Source: Mobula hypostoma
Lineage: Eukaryota
DNA: 64,000 bases
Assembly: GCF_963921235.1 (NCBI RefSeq)
Contig: NC_086097.1
Coordinates: 122,328,001-122,392,000, forward strand
Direction of reading: 5' to 3'
Under the pieces are notes generated by a model. It did no database searches and was not told where the DNA came from. It saw only the letters and a list, made by a program, of their open reading frames with translations. The position numbers and the translations under genes were made by a program. The first letter of the stretch is position 1. Each line of letters starts with the position of its first letter. Positions 1 to 12,269 of the stretch are shown here, piece by piece.

Positions 1-910
1 CGCTATGCTAGAATTACGGGTGTGTCGGGGGCAGAAGCAAGTTTCGTTGCTATTACTAAGAAGGAGGTGTTTGGGAAGTTGAAAGGTCTGAAGGTAGTAA
101 GTCACCTGAACCAGATGGACTACAGACAAGGGTTCTGAAAGAGGTGGCTGAGGAGATTGTGGAGGCATTAGTAATGATCTTTCAAGAATCACTACATTCT
201 GAAGTGGTTCCGGAGGACTGGAAATTTGCAAATGTCATTCCACACTTTATGAAGGGAGGGATGCAGAAGAAAGGAAATTATAAACCAGTTAGCCTGACTT
301 CTGTAGTTGGAAAAATATTAGAGTCCATTATTAAGGGATGATGTTCCAGGCTACTTGGAGGCACATGATAAAATAGGCCAAAGTCAGCATGGTTTTCTTA
401 AGGGGAAAAACTCCCTGACAAATTTCTTGGGATTCTTTGAGGAAATAACAGGCAGAGGTGACAAAGAAGAGTCAGGGGACAATATTTACTTGGATTTTCA
501 GGAGGCCTTTGACAAACTGCCACACATGGGGCTGCTTGACAAGGTTAGAACCCATGGTATTACAGTAAAGATGCTAGCATAGATAGAAAATTGGATGACT
601 GGCAGGAGGCAAAGAGTGGATATAATAGGGGCCCTTTCTGGTTGGCTGCCGGTGACTAATGGTGTTCCGCAGAAGTTGGTGGTAGGGCCGCTTCTTTTCA
701 TGTTATATCTAAATGATTTGCATAATGGACAATTAGAAGATAGGAGGGGTGGTGGCAGGTAGTGTTGAGGAAGCAGCGAGTCTGCAGGAGGACGTAGACA
801 GATTAGGAGAATGGACAAAGAAGTGATGGATGGAATATAGTGTAGGAAACGAGACAGTCATGCACTTTGGGGAAGGAATAAAGGCACAGCCTATTTTCTA
901 AATAGGGAGA
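1..910 (+). pseudogene. CR1 LINE ORF2 (RT) fragment with frameshifts and stops
   Basis: Peptides EDWKFANVIP, GNYKPVSLTSVVGK, QHGFLKGK and YLDFQEAFD; collinear with ~16230-17160 of the full-length CR1. Confidence 0.93.
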
Positions 911-972
911 GTTAACCCTTGTTACTGATCATCGATCACTAGTGTCCATTTTCAATTCACAGAAGGGTGTCC

Positions 973-1624
973 CAGACATTCCACCCTGCAAAAACTCATT
1001 TCAGGGAGGTAGCACCATCAATTTGCGGGAGACTTCCGGGAGAGGTGGGATGTCTGCAATAGAGTAGCTCCTTACCAGCCAGCCAGCTAGTTTAAATAAC
1101 GTTAGCTATGCTAATGAACGAATGACACCTGATAAACTCACCTCAACATGTCTTTTACAGTCTTAACCCACCATGGGCAATAGAAAAGTCACTGTTGCAA
1201 ACAGTGCAGTGAGCAACACTGTCATTATTTTTGACCCCTATTAGGCAGGGATACACTTTAGTGTAGTCTGGGGTGACGTACGTTTTATATTTTTTTTGGA
1301 ACACTCTGCCATGGCACGCTCTCACTCGCGCTCTCTCTCTTTCTCTCTCTCTCGTGGTCGCTTGCGCGCTCTCAAGCACTCTCACTTGTTTTCTCTCTCG
1401 CTCGCTCTCTCTCCCTCTCATGCTTGCTTTTGCTCTTGCTCGCTCTCTCTCTCTCGTGCGCGCTCTCTCTCTCTCGTGGTCGCTCTCGCGCTCTCTCTTG
1501 CTTTTCTCTCGCTCGCTCTCAAAAAAATTGATTTCCGTGATATTGTATATAATTTGCGGGCATCAGGGAGCCACTATTAATATGCAGGAGACTCCCATAA
1601 GTTCCGGGAGAGGTGGGATGTCAG
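973..1624 (-). mobile_element. Non-autonomous hAT-type DNA transposon retaining a BED-type zinc-finger remnant
   Basis: TIRs CAGACATTCCACC / GGTGGGATGTCAG; near-perfect 8-bp TSD GGTGTCCC (966-973) / GGTCTCCC (1624-1631), so the boundary is uncertain by 1 nt; minus strand encodes AHCTVCNSDFSIAHGGL..CKRHVE followed by GTGAGT. Confidence 0.75.
1316..1520. repeat. Degenerate (CT)n/(CTCG)n microsatellite inside the hAT element
   Basis: Directly visible low-complexity tract. Confidence 0.9.
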
Positions 1625-2548
1625 GTCTCCCCCTAACAGCATCGGCTCAAATGCAGAGGTGGGCTCTGTTTCTTGGAGGACACAATTACAAGATCGAATT
1701 CAATAGGACAACTCTTGAATTATGGAAATACTGATGGATTGCCCTATTTATCCTTGGAAAAGGAAATACCTCAAAAATTTGAAAAAGAGGACACTCCTTT
1801 TGATGTATTCTTCCCAATGCAAATTGAAAGTCACCCTATTATGGTAGTGATGATCCAAAGGGAAACCAGAAAAGATCCCACACTGTCTCAGGTCCACATG
1901 GCAAACCAAAATGGCCAGAATGTGTAGCAGAAATCTCAGTTCACTCGTTTTTATCAGGGGTAGGATAAATTTGCTTTTCACAAGGGTTGCCTTATGTGGG
2001 GATTGAGAGTTGCTGTACATCCAAGCAGGCAGTTAAAGCGTTGGTGGAGCTAGTCATCTAAGTGTGGGTAAAATGAAAGTGTTGGCTGAGATCTTTGTCT
2101 GGTGGACTGGGAGATGTCTGCAGATCGAGCAGCTTGTCATGCACTGTTCAGGATGCTAACGTGTCCAGAAGATGCCATGAGCAGCGCTTCCCTATGCTCG
2201 GGCCTCCATTGTTACATCTGCACCATACCAGCCAGCTACAAATAGCTTGGAGGAAAGGTTTGTCTAGAATCTAAAGAATACATTGCAAGCAATGTCAGCA
2301 GAACACTCTACACTGACACTGAATCAGAAGCTCGCCGATTTCCTCCTAACATATCGCAATGCAGCTTACACCACACCAGCTATGCTGTTCTTTAGTCATC
2401 CCTTGCTAGGATTTTCTCAAACCCAATCTCAGAAGTATGCAGAACAAGCAGCTGAGGCAAATTGAGGGCCCCTCAAACAAGGGGTGTTCGATGTTTCGTC
2501 CCTGCACAAGCAGTCCTGGCAAGGGACTACAGAAGTGATCAAAGTCTT

Positions 2549-2627
2549 GAGTCTCGGCCCGAAACATCGACCGCTCACTTTTCCATAGATGTTGCCAGAT
2601 CTGCTGAGTTCCTGCAGCATTTTGTGT
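2549..2627 (+). mobile_element. Penelope-like terminal-repeat fragment (3' half of the hammerhead plus tail)
   Basis: TCTCGGCCCGAAACATCGAC..CATAGATG..CTGCTGAGTTCC..CAGCATTTTGTGTG matches the other copies. Confidence 0.7.
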
Positions 2628-3165
2628 GATTAGGGGGAACATCTTCACTCAGAGGGTCCTGAGAATGTGGAATGAGCAAGTGGTGCACGCAAGCTTGATT
2701 TCAGTATTAAGATAGGTTTGGATAGATACATGGATAGCTGGGGTATGGAAGGCTATGGTACCAGAGAAATTTGATGGAAATAGGCAGTTTCAGCGTGGAC
2801 TAGATGGCCCAAAGTGCTTGTTTCTGTGCTGTGTTTTTCTATGACTTTATGACTCTATATGGTCAGTCTAAATGAATATGATGCTATTAGCAGCCCTCAC
2901 ATTGAGTATTGTGTATAGAACTGATGACTTATTTGTATTAGATGTTGGAAAGGCCAAATTTGGGGTACTGTGCACAATTCTGACCATCTTTCTCCAGGAA
3001 AACTATCAACATGCTTAAAAGGGTGCAGAGAAGATTTACAAGGATGTTGCCAGGACTTGATTACCAGAGTTACAGGGAAGGGTTGAACAGGTTAGAACTT
3101 TATTCCCTGGAGCATCAGGAATCTTATAGAGTTATACAAAATAATGAGAGCTGCAGATAGGGACA
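2628..3165 (+). mobile_element. Degraded CR1 3' fragments
   Basis: TTCACTCAGAGGGT..TGGAATGAGC; tail TCTATGACTTTATGACTCTAT; RVQRRFTRMLPGL-type segment. Confidence 0.8.
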
Positions 3166-4740
3166 CAATGTGTCATTAATTGAAAACACAAAAATAATCT
3201 ACCCTTCAGCCTCCTAAATTATCATGCACTAACAACATCTCTGAAACTCTTCCCAGTAGAACATCTGATTAGTTTTCATCCTTTCACAGAAAGAGCGTAA
3301 ATATAAATAAGAACCCTAATGAAATTAAGGAAGCAATAAAAAAGGGATTTAATAATGATATAAATGAAATTTTCTCTCTATTCTGGTGTGGGCAATAGTT
3401 AACATTTAATTTGCTAAAAGAGTATTGAATCATTTGCAAATGGTGCCAATGGGCAAAAAGATTCATTGCAGACACTGGCCTCAAATGGATTCTATTTTCT
3501 GATCCCTCTCAAGTCAAACTGCCATCCTCTTGAAAACTCCCAGCAGGTAATCTCATTAGCTGTGCCAGATACTAAATCAAATACCCCTCTGAGTTATTTT
3601 GGCCTGTGCTATGGCTTATTGTACAAGTCACCTCTGCTGAATTTCCTCTAAAATAGATAGTTCACACAGCACAGAAATTCTCTCTCCCCAACAACAAAGA
3701 AAAACAACAGATTTTGTTTTTCTTCCTCGATTGTACAGCTTCCAGTCATTACCAAATTGAGCCGGCAATTAGCTTGGGCTTTCTTGATGGACACTCCAGT
3801 AGTCCACAGTATTTTTAGTCAAAGCTAACCGTGTCAATTCATTGATATGTATAAGTTTAACAGGGCTGTTAATGATGTTAAACTTGTTGATGCTATTCAA
3901 GCATCTGCTACAGAAAGTGTGCAGGGGCTCAGTATGGCTTTGTCAGTCTGGTCACCATGTACACAAATGCAACTGCAGGAGCTTAGCCAACTGCATGGCA
4001 CAGAGCTACATTGGACTTTGTTGATAATCTTTCCCACCCAGCAGCAAAGAATATTCCTCTGCTGTAAGACCAAGTCGAAGACATTGATCACTTTCCACCA
4101 CAAATGCGGCATTCGTGGAAATTGATTAAAGTTGAAAAGTTCAAAGTTCAAAGTAAATTTATTCTCAAAGTAAGTGTATGTCACCACGTACTCCCCTGTT
4201 AGCTTCGATGTACATGTGAAAAATAAACTTGATTCTTGAATATTGAGATCGCTTTAAAAACTTTCACCTCCCACCTAAAGCTGTGTCATACAGTTTTTAA
4301 ATTTGCTTTCCCTGGTAAACAGCAATATGCATTCACCCTATCTAAACCCCTCATGACTTTATACATCTCTAAAAGGTTACCTCTCAAACTCCTACATTCC
4401 AAGGAGATTTATACCACATTTTCTGATAAACTTGCCATGCAAAGCTTCCAGGACTCCTGTAATCTCTTTCAAACTATCAGCAGCCCCTTCAGTAGTTCTT
4501 GGGTGACATGGCAGCAGACACTTCAGATCATCATTGGCAGGTCAAAGGAGTACCAGGGCTGGAGTAAACAAGCCTCCTTTGCCTGAGAAGCTACTGCAGG
4601 GTTATTGAAAGGGAACCTTTGCCAATCATGCATTGGCTTGGTTTGTCTTATGTTGAGGCAAGAGGGGATAGGCAGTCATTTCATACAGATCCACAACCAT
4701 GGCACATTTTATGGTAAAGTTTCATGGAACGTCTGCTGCT

Positions 4741-5350
4741 CAGATTCAGATTTATTTGCCGCATGCACATTGAAACATAAAGTGAAATGTGTCATTTGTG
4801 TCAACAGACAATGTAACCTAAGGATGTGCTGCGGGCTGCCCACAAGTGTCACCCACATTCTGGTGCCAACATAGCATGCCCATAATGCTTGGCAGAACAG
4901 CACAATAAGCAATGAAACACAGCAGCAGGCCAAGCCCTTTTCCTCACCCCACCCACCCACATACAAGAGCAAGCCTTCAGTCTCCAGTCCCCGGGCTATA
5001 GCCATCGGACTTCGATGTCCAGACTTCCGACTTTCGGTATCAAACTAATCGCAGGACAAGGAAATGGCAGGTTGCCGAACTCCAGGCTCGCCGACTCACT
5101 GGCTCTCATGCCTTCTTATGTCTCCTGCTCGCATGGAGATCTGATCCTGGGATCCATTGACCAGGAATGGCTCGACATCCACAGGTGCCCTTCCTCACCC
5201 GTCCACGTCGCTGGCCTTTGAGCATGGCGCATGGGATCAATCTGTTGTATCGCCATCAACGATTTTGAAGAATCACTGCAAACACCTATAAACAACCTAG
5301 AAAGGTGACAAGAGGTTGGTGTGAAAAAGATACTCACGCAGTGACACACT
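4741..5350 (-). mobile_element. Abundant non-autonomous non-LTR (SINE-like) repeat with (TCTGAA)-type tail
   Basis: Block TGAAACATAxAGTGAAATGTGTCATTTGTGTxAAC..GGATGTGCTG..CAAGTGTC recurs, in either orientation, at ~6105, 7850, 9630, 19180, 21550, 22680, 56650, 57760. Confidence 0.65.
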
Positions 5351-5417
5351 GCAAAATTGTCTCCGCAATGTCGAGGGATAACTCATTCTGGTTAAGGATC
5401 CATTGAATGCATTACTG

Positions 5418-5873
5418 GCCAGGCAGTATCTATGGAAAAAAGTACAATCGAGATTTCAGGTCAAAACCCTTTGGCAGGACTAGAGAGAAAAAGCTAAGGA
5501 ATAGATTTGAAAGGTGGGGGGAGGGGAGAGAGAAATGCAAAGTGATAGGTGAAACCGGGAGGGGGAGGGATGAAGTAAAGACCTGGGAAGATGATTGGTG
5601 AAAGAGACAGAAGGCCATAGAAGAAAGAAAAAGGGGGAGGAGCACCAGAAGGAGGTGATAGATGAGCAAGGAGATAAGGTAAGAGAGGGAAAAGGGGATG
5701 GGATATGGTGAAGGGTGGTGAGAATGGGGGGCATTACTGGAAGTTGGAGAAATCGATATTCAAGCCATCAGGTTGGAGGCTACCCAGATGGAATGTAAGT
5801 TGTTGTTCCTTCAACCTAACTGTGGCCTCATCACGACAGACGAACTTCCAGCATCTGCAGATTTTCTTGTTTG
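5418..5873 (-). mobile_element. Penelope-like element insertion: ORF end, terminal repeat and inverted tail piece
   Basis: 14-bp TSD TGAATGCATTACTG at 5404-5417 and 5874-5887; GIY-YIG C-terminus; decayed hammerhead ~5440-5481; plus-strand tail 5843-5873. Confidence 0.85.
5734..5838 (-). pseudogene. C-terminus of Penelope GIY-YIG endonuclease
   Basis: Own translation CRDEATVRLKEQQLTFHLGSLQPDGLNIDFSNFQ*, matching the E..L...L.(S/T)..P.GLN ending of PLE endonucleases. Confidence 0.8.
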
Positions 5874-6146
5874 TGAATGCATTACTGTGCAGCTTTATTA
5901 TTTCTGCAATTTAAAAAGTCTAGGCAGAAGTAAGACTGCTAACGCCTAATGATTTCCAACACTCTCTGTGTACTATATGTATATAATTGGCGACTAAGCT
6001 ACCGACTGAAATCTTGGCTTGTGGTAACTTCTAGTAACACAGGCATTTGAAACAGGAAGTGCTGATAGAACAGGCTCCATTGGAAAAGAACAAGATCATT
6101 CGGGTTCAGATTCACACTTATTTATCAGATGTATCTTGAAACATGA

Positions 6147-6200
6147 ACTCAGTGGCTATGTCAGTAGGTATCACCTGTACCTAATAAAGTGGCCACTGAG
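6147..6200. mobile_element. Tc1-family TIR pair (mini fold-back remnant)
   Basis: ACTCAGTGGC..TAGGTA / TACCTAATAAAGTGGCCACTGAG. Confidence 0.65.
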
Positions 6201-6914
6201 CATGTAGCCCATGTGATAAATAATTCCAGTGTTATATCAACCAATAAATCCCAAGGATATGCTGGGGGCATCCCGTAAGTGTTGCCACACATTCTGACAC
6301 TATCCAACATCCAAGAGACGAGAGCATGGATTAAATTCTAAGCAAGAAAGACAATTTGTGCGGAAGAGCTGGGAAGGAGATATGATGAAATAATAGCGAT
6401 ATAAATAAAGAACAGCTTGAATTATTGACCGAGAGAAGAAATGTAAAAATTAGTGCATTATTGTTTTGTTGTGCAACTAAATAAATTGCACAAAACATTA
6501 TCCAAATCAAAACAGGAAAAACAAAATAAAGGCTCAGTACATGGAACCAGATGATGACTGAAACACAGCCACAATAAGATCAAGAGCAGCTGTTAAATAT
6601 TGCAGCGCATTATTGCCCAGAAATTGCATTCTTATTATGCCATGTTATTGTGTACTGTGTGATACAAATTCAACAACAAAAAATCAAACATAATCAAGAA
6701 AAATCAGAGACTTTGGGCCATTTGCACAGCTGTGGTTTTTATTCTGGATACTCCTCGCCCGAGGCTCTAATGCACAAAGAAACCTGGAAAATGTGCCAAC
6801 ATAATCAAAACTAGATAAGTGGCTTTCATGTGTACAGTATGGTGGTGCAGCAGTTCGTGCAATCGCTTTACAGCACCAGTGATTACCAATCAGCGTTCAA
6901 TTGAGCACAGCTAC

Positions 6915-7383
6915 ATGAAACCTTGCCGTCGGAAAGCAGCATCCACCAACAGGGACCCCCACCATCCAGGTCATGCTCTCTTCTCGCTTCATCAGGAGGA
7001 AGGTACAAGATCCTCAGGACTTGCACCACTAGGTTCAGGAACAGTTATCACCCTTCAACCATCAGGCTCTTGAACAAAAGGGGAATAACTTCACTTGTCC
7101 CATCTTTGGAATGTTACCACAACCAATGGACTTACTTTCAAGGAGGAGTCTTCATGTCATGTTCTTGATATTTATTGATTATTTATTTACCGTATATTTG
7201 AATTTGCATAGTTTGTTGTCTTCTGCACTATAGTTGAATGCCCTAGTTGGGCTGTCTTTTGATGATTCTGCTATAGTTACTCGTGTATAGATTTGTTGAG
7301 TATGCCCGCAAGAAAATGAATCTCGGCGTTGTATATAGCGACATATATGTACTTTGAAAATAAAATTTGCTTTGAACTTTGAA
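6915..7383 (+). mobile_element. Rex/Babar LINE 3' fragment
   Basis: RRKAAS..DPHHPGHALFS, SGGRYK..TTRFRNSYHP; (TTTGAAC)n tail. Confidence 0.8.
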
Positions 7384-9351
7384 TTCCCACTGCTATCTGT
7401 ATGGAGTTTGTACATTCTCCCTGTGACTGTGTAGGTTTGGTCCAGGTGTTATGTTTTCTCACGTTCCAGAGAGGTACCATTTGGGCTAGGGTTAGTGAAT
7501 TGTGGGCATGCTATCTTGACGCCTGAAGCATGACAGCACTTGTGAGCTACCCCAGCAAAATCCTTGTACTGTGCTTGTCTGCGATGCAAAACAACACATT
7601 TTGCCGTATGCTTCAATGTTTCAATGTACATGTGCCAAACAAACCCACATTTAGCACTAACAGCTTCCCAGTCCACTCAAGGTGCAGTTAGAGGGTGAGG
7701 GAGACAAGCACAGAAAACCTTTTCCTTATGAGATGGCAAACCATTCGACCTGTCAAGTTTTTGTCAATTCTCAGGACAATATTCTCAATTCATTCCTACC
7801 ATTTAACTCGTAACCTATTCTTTTACATATTCATTAAGTCCCTTCTAATTAATTGTAGGCAGCCATCAGCACACCCTTGGGTGTGTTGGCTGTTAACACA
7901 AACAATGCAGATCACAGTATATTTCAATGTACTTGTGATAAATAAACTTGAATCTTGAACCTTGAATCCAATTATCCTGCAGACCAGGGCTAATTTACAG
8001 TTGCCATTGGCCTACAATCAGAACATCTTTGGGATGTGCAAGGAAAGTAGAGCACCAGGAAGAAACCTGTGTGATCACAGGAAGGTCATACAACGTCCAC
8101 GAGGTCAATGCCGGAGGTCATGATTGAACTCAGGTAGCTAGAGTTATGGAGCAACCGCCCTACCTACTACATAACTGTACCAACCTAAAATCTTGATGTT
8201 CAAGTTCCTTGGCCTTTTCTCTTTGCTTTCAATAAATACTTTCAACATTATTGTCAAAGAGAAATTATGAATATACCTTGTGGAACATTAAAAGAATATA
8301 CACACTCAAATAACAATACCAAGAACAAATATAGAGCCATTAAGTGAAACACAAAACAAATTTATGGATATTGAACATTGCAGGCTATCAAGATAGAACT
8401 GAATAATAACAAGATATTGAAGATATAAATAAAGGTTTCGTACAGACACTAGAAAAATTAGTTGCAAACTCTGGGGAAAAAATCAGAATCAAAAAAGGTA
8501 GCAAGAGATCTTAATTTGGTCAGCAAAATTTGAATTTTATTCATAAGGAAAAATATGGTCCTGTTCCACATTAATATTTGGAATTGCAATGGAATCTTTA
8601 CTCAAAAGCATCTAAAAATCAAACACCAAATCACCAATGGGGAAGATCATTTTTGATCAAATATATTGAATTCTTTGAAGTAGCATAAGTGTAAGTCAGG
8701 TTAATGTAATAGTTTGATTATTAATACCAATATTTTCAAACATTTGGAAATCTCCAACATAGCAAACTCATGACTACAAATCACAGCATATGCAATGAAT
8801 GAACAGGAAGCAGAAAAGATTTGAGCTAGCTACAAAAGAGAATAAAGTATAAGTTAATAGTCAGACTGTGTAAAGATGGAAAAAGGTTGTTCCATAAACC
8901 TTAGTACTGATGGGAATCAATGTTGTTCAAACAGTACCAATCATTCGAATGCTCAAAATCCACAGATGACTTCAAATTCGAAAATATGCTTAATCTGGAG
9001 AAACATGGGTGAAAAAAGCAAAAGTACATTGACAAAATGAACACTTTATCTTGAGACGAATTTCAGTAATATTGAAATGAGAACAAGGAGGCCAAAATGT
9101 TCCTTCGGAATTAGGGTACAGAGGCAAATGAAATAAACTAAATTATCAAGACCAGGAGTGCAGGATGATTAGACAAATGAAAGTAAACAGAAGTGTGGAA
9201 CTTTTGGGTAAGAGTCTTTGAGTGGCTCAGGAGCTGGAGATGGTTTACTGAGATCATCCTGGAAAGATTTGAGCATGAGTTCGAGAATTTCAAAATGGAA
9301 AGTCTAGGACGAGAAGGTATGGCCTCAGAACAGAAGGACAGTAATTTGGAA

Positions 9352-9411
9352 TAGGGATTCCCAACATTTTTTATATCAAGGGGTCCATGGACTCCAGGTT
9401 CAGAACCCCTA
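9352..9411. mobile_element. Tiny hAT-type MITE inside a CR1 3' fragment
   Basis: TIR-like TAGGGATTCCCAAC / GTTCAGAACCCCTA; degenerate 8-bp flanks. Confidence 0.5.
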
Positions 9412-10229
9412 GTTTAAAACAACGATGAGAAAGAATAGCCACAGGGCAGTGAACCTGTGGAATTCATTGCCACAGAAGGCAGTGGAGGACAAGTCATTAG
9501 TATATTAAAGTGGAGGTTTATGGGTTCTTTATTAGTAAGGGTGTCAAAGGGTACAGGGATAAGGCAGGAAAATGGTGTTGAGAGGGAAAAAAAGTAAATT
9601 ATGATTGAATGGCAGAGTAGACACAGGATTAAAGATTCAAGTTTATTTATCACACGCACGTCAAAACATACAACAAAATAAATCATTTGTGTTAACAACC
9701 AACACACTCATGTGAGCTGTGGGCACTCCGCAAGTGTTGCCACGCATTCTGGCACCAATGACCTGAATGATGTGATTCTGCTCCTAAGTCTTATGGTCTA
9801 ATATTGAGGAATATTATGGAATGAGGTACTCAGTGTCGGTCAGCAAGCACAAGGATAATGGAAGAGAGGGATGGAATGAGAAAGCACATGGACAGTCAGG
9901 TATAAGATGGGACAAGTCAAATCTTCTGCTAACAATGGATAAACTTTCAGCAACAGATGGGCTAACGTGGGGCAGGAACAGGAATGTTTGGTGAGTTTGC
10001 ATGTTTTGCTCAGAGTTAGACAGGACAGTAAGTTCACAACCACTCTTTGCCAGCCTGCTGTGTTTGGGAAAAGGGATGGAACAGGGTGAATTGTGAATCA
10101 AGTGTTCAATCCCTCACAGTGGCAATCAGAGGAGCTCTCCGAACAATCCATCACCCCACGATCTGGATCAGGGTTTATGTAACAAACAAAACGCTGTTTA
10201 ATTTAATTTTACTTTTACTGTGTTTAGTG

Positions 10230-10465
10230 ATATAGCACATTAGCAGGCTATTCCAGCCCAATAAGTCCATGCTTCCCAGCTACACCCATGTGGTCAACTA
10301 AGTTATAACCCGGAAGTCTCTAGAATATGGGAGGAAAATTGGAGCACCCACAGGAAACCCGAACGGTCACAAGGAGAACATACAAACTTCTTACAGGCGG
10401 TGGCAGGAATTGAACCTGGGTTTCTGGCGCTGCAATAGTGTTATGCTGACAGCCCCATCCCACTG
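10230..10465 (-). mobile_element. tRNA-derived V-SINE (HE1-like); other copies ~7385, 8000, 24050, 29950, 35120, 41000, 63020
   Basis: V-domain-like GGGAGGAAAxxGGAGCACCCxxAGGAAACCC and B-box-like GGAATTGAACC, as read on the + strand. Confidence 0.75.
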
Positions 10466-11794
10466 TTGTAAATTCCCTCTGAAACAATCCCGCCCAACTG
10501 CTCAAAGAAAACCATGGAACTAAAGAAGACAGTGAGCAACTACTGCATTTGAAAAGGAATAGAGATGTCAGAGCAGATACTGAAACGAGAAGTTAGCACC
10601 GACTCAGGTGAAAGACAGGATGTCTAGGTCCCCGTAAGTTTATACCAGTTATCGGAAAATGTAACCAATTATTAAAACAATGCAAAATATTGCAAATGCC
10701 TCCAAGAGTTATTAAGATAACTGTTCTCTATAGGTTGTGATTTTTAACAAAAAGTGCCAATTGAACACATTCTCTGGTATAAGATCTAAAAAAAATCAGT
10801 GAAAAAGTGCAAAGTTTCAATCTGAAAATGAGGCAATGCACAATAAATTTTCACAACCAAGTGGCAGCATAGAGTTTCACCTTCATTATCATACCCATTG
10901 ATGACATTATGGGAAGATAAGGGGGAAATTAATACTAAAGGGTCATAATGACATGGGCATTAATGAAAAGTTGTATTCTTATCTCCATCTGTTAAAAGTA
11001 TGCTGGCTGTGTGAAAACATTACGACAACGCACAGGTAAGAGAGACTGGCATGGGAAGAAGTTGGCTGGCTGGCAGATCCATTTTGATCAGGGAGAAAAA
11101 AACTAAAATATGCTGACCAATGGTTGAGAAACTGCAAAAAAAAAAGATCTGATGTCAAGAGCACAACTTGCAGAAGGTTGGTAGCAGGTGCGGCAAGAAA
11201 ATAGAGAAGCCAACAGAGTGTTATTGCTTATCGCTAGTGGAATTGAATACACAAGAAGGCCAATTATACTTCAGTTATGTGAGGCATTGATGAGACACCT
11301 GCAGTACTGTGTATGCTATTGGCTTGTTTAATTAACCAAGGATATTAATCTTTTGTAAGAAGTTCAGAGAAGGTTGATGAGACTGAAACCTAAAATAGGC
11401 GACTTGTCTCAATGAGGAAAGGTTGGAGAGACTCGCCTTGCCTCTGTTGGAATTTTGAAGGCCAAAAAGGGACTTGACTGATGGGTTGGATGTGGAGAAA
11501 ATGTTTCCTCTTGTGAAATAATATAGAAAAGGGAGCACTGTTTAAAAGAAACAGATCACTGTTAAATTAACAATAAGCTATATTGTATTTCTTTCAGATT
11601 GATGTGTGCCTTTTAAGAGACAGCAGAAGCAGAATCTCTGATTATATTAATGCAAAGGAAGATAGTCGTTTGTTAAGCAGAGGGCTTACAAATTATCATG
11701 GATAGTAGAGAGTGCAGAGTGAAAATCAGATAAGCCAAGGACCTTTAAAATCTCAGAGCAGACTTGAAGCACCAGATGGCCTACTCCTGCCCTT

Positions 11795-12008
11795 CACACG
11801 CAAAATGCTGGAGGAACTCAGCAGGTCAGACAGCATCTATGGACGTAAATTAAGTGTTGATGTTACAGGCTGAGAGCCCAGTCCTGATTAAGTGTCTCAG
11901 CCTGTAAAGTTAATAGTTTATACCTCTCCATAGATGCTGTCAGAACTGCTGAGTTCCTCCAGCATTTTGTGTGTGTCACCCTGGATTTTCAGCATCTGCA
12001 GAATCTTG
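11795..12008. mobile_element. Penelope-like terminal repeats in fold-back arrangement
   Basis: CAAAATGCTGGAGGAACTCAGCAG ... CTGCTGAGTTCCTCCAGCATTTTG; decayed hammerhead CAGTC-CTGATTA at the turn. Confidence 0.8.
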
Positions 12009-12269
12009 AGTTTATTATTTGCTGCCCAATGGATTGATCTTAATTAGCAAGCTCGTTAATATGCTGGAAGGCAACCCAGAGCAATTGGAAGGTGAGTAGG
12101 TGGCAGCAACCAGTGTATGTGTGGAAATGGGGCTGTCTGAAAGGCATGATTAATAAGGTGTTGAAGAGATGCCTAGAATTCTCATGTTATTTCTGGCTCC
12201 AGTCCCATTTGCCTGAAGTGCTCAGGATTATAGATAAAGGGTATTCCAAAAATTCAAATAGATGTTTGA

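Larger units (their letters stand above)
905..2545 (+). pseudogene. Ty3/Gypsy LTR-retrotransposon pol remnant (RNase H, integrase), interrupted by a hAT element
   Basis: LVTDHR..L.SIF..KG then LTASAQMQRWALFLGGHNYKIEF (RNase H); integrase Zn-region remnant KMKVLAEIFVWW..HCSGC; SAPYQPATN and LADFLLTYRNA (integrase core). Confidence 0.85.

Noticed and set aside
1273..1734. 153-aa Leu/Ser-rich ORF
   Set aside because: Reads through a CT microsatellite and a hAT end into a Gypsy remnant; a chance chimera
3847..4125. 92-aa ATG-initiated ORF in unique DNA
   Set aside because: No domain or splice support; length compatible with chance
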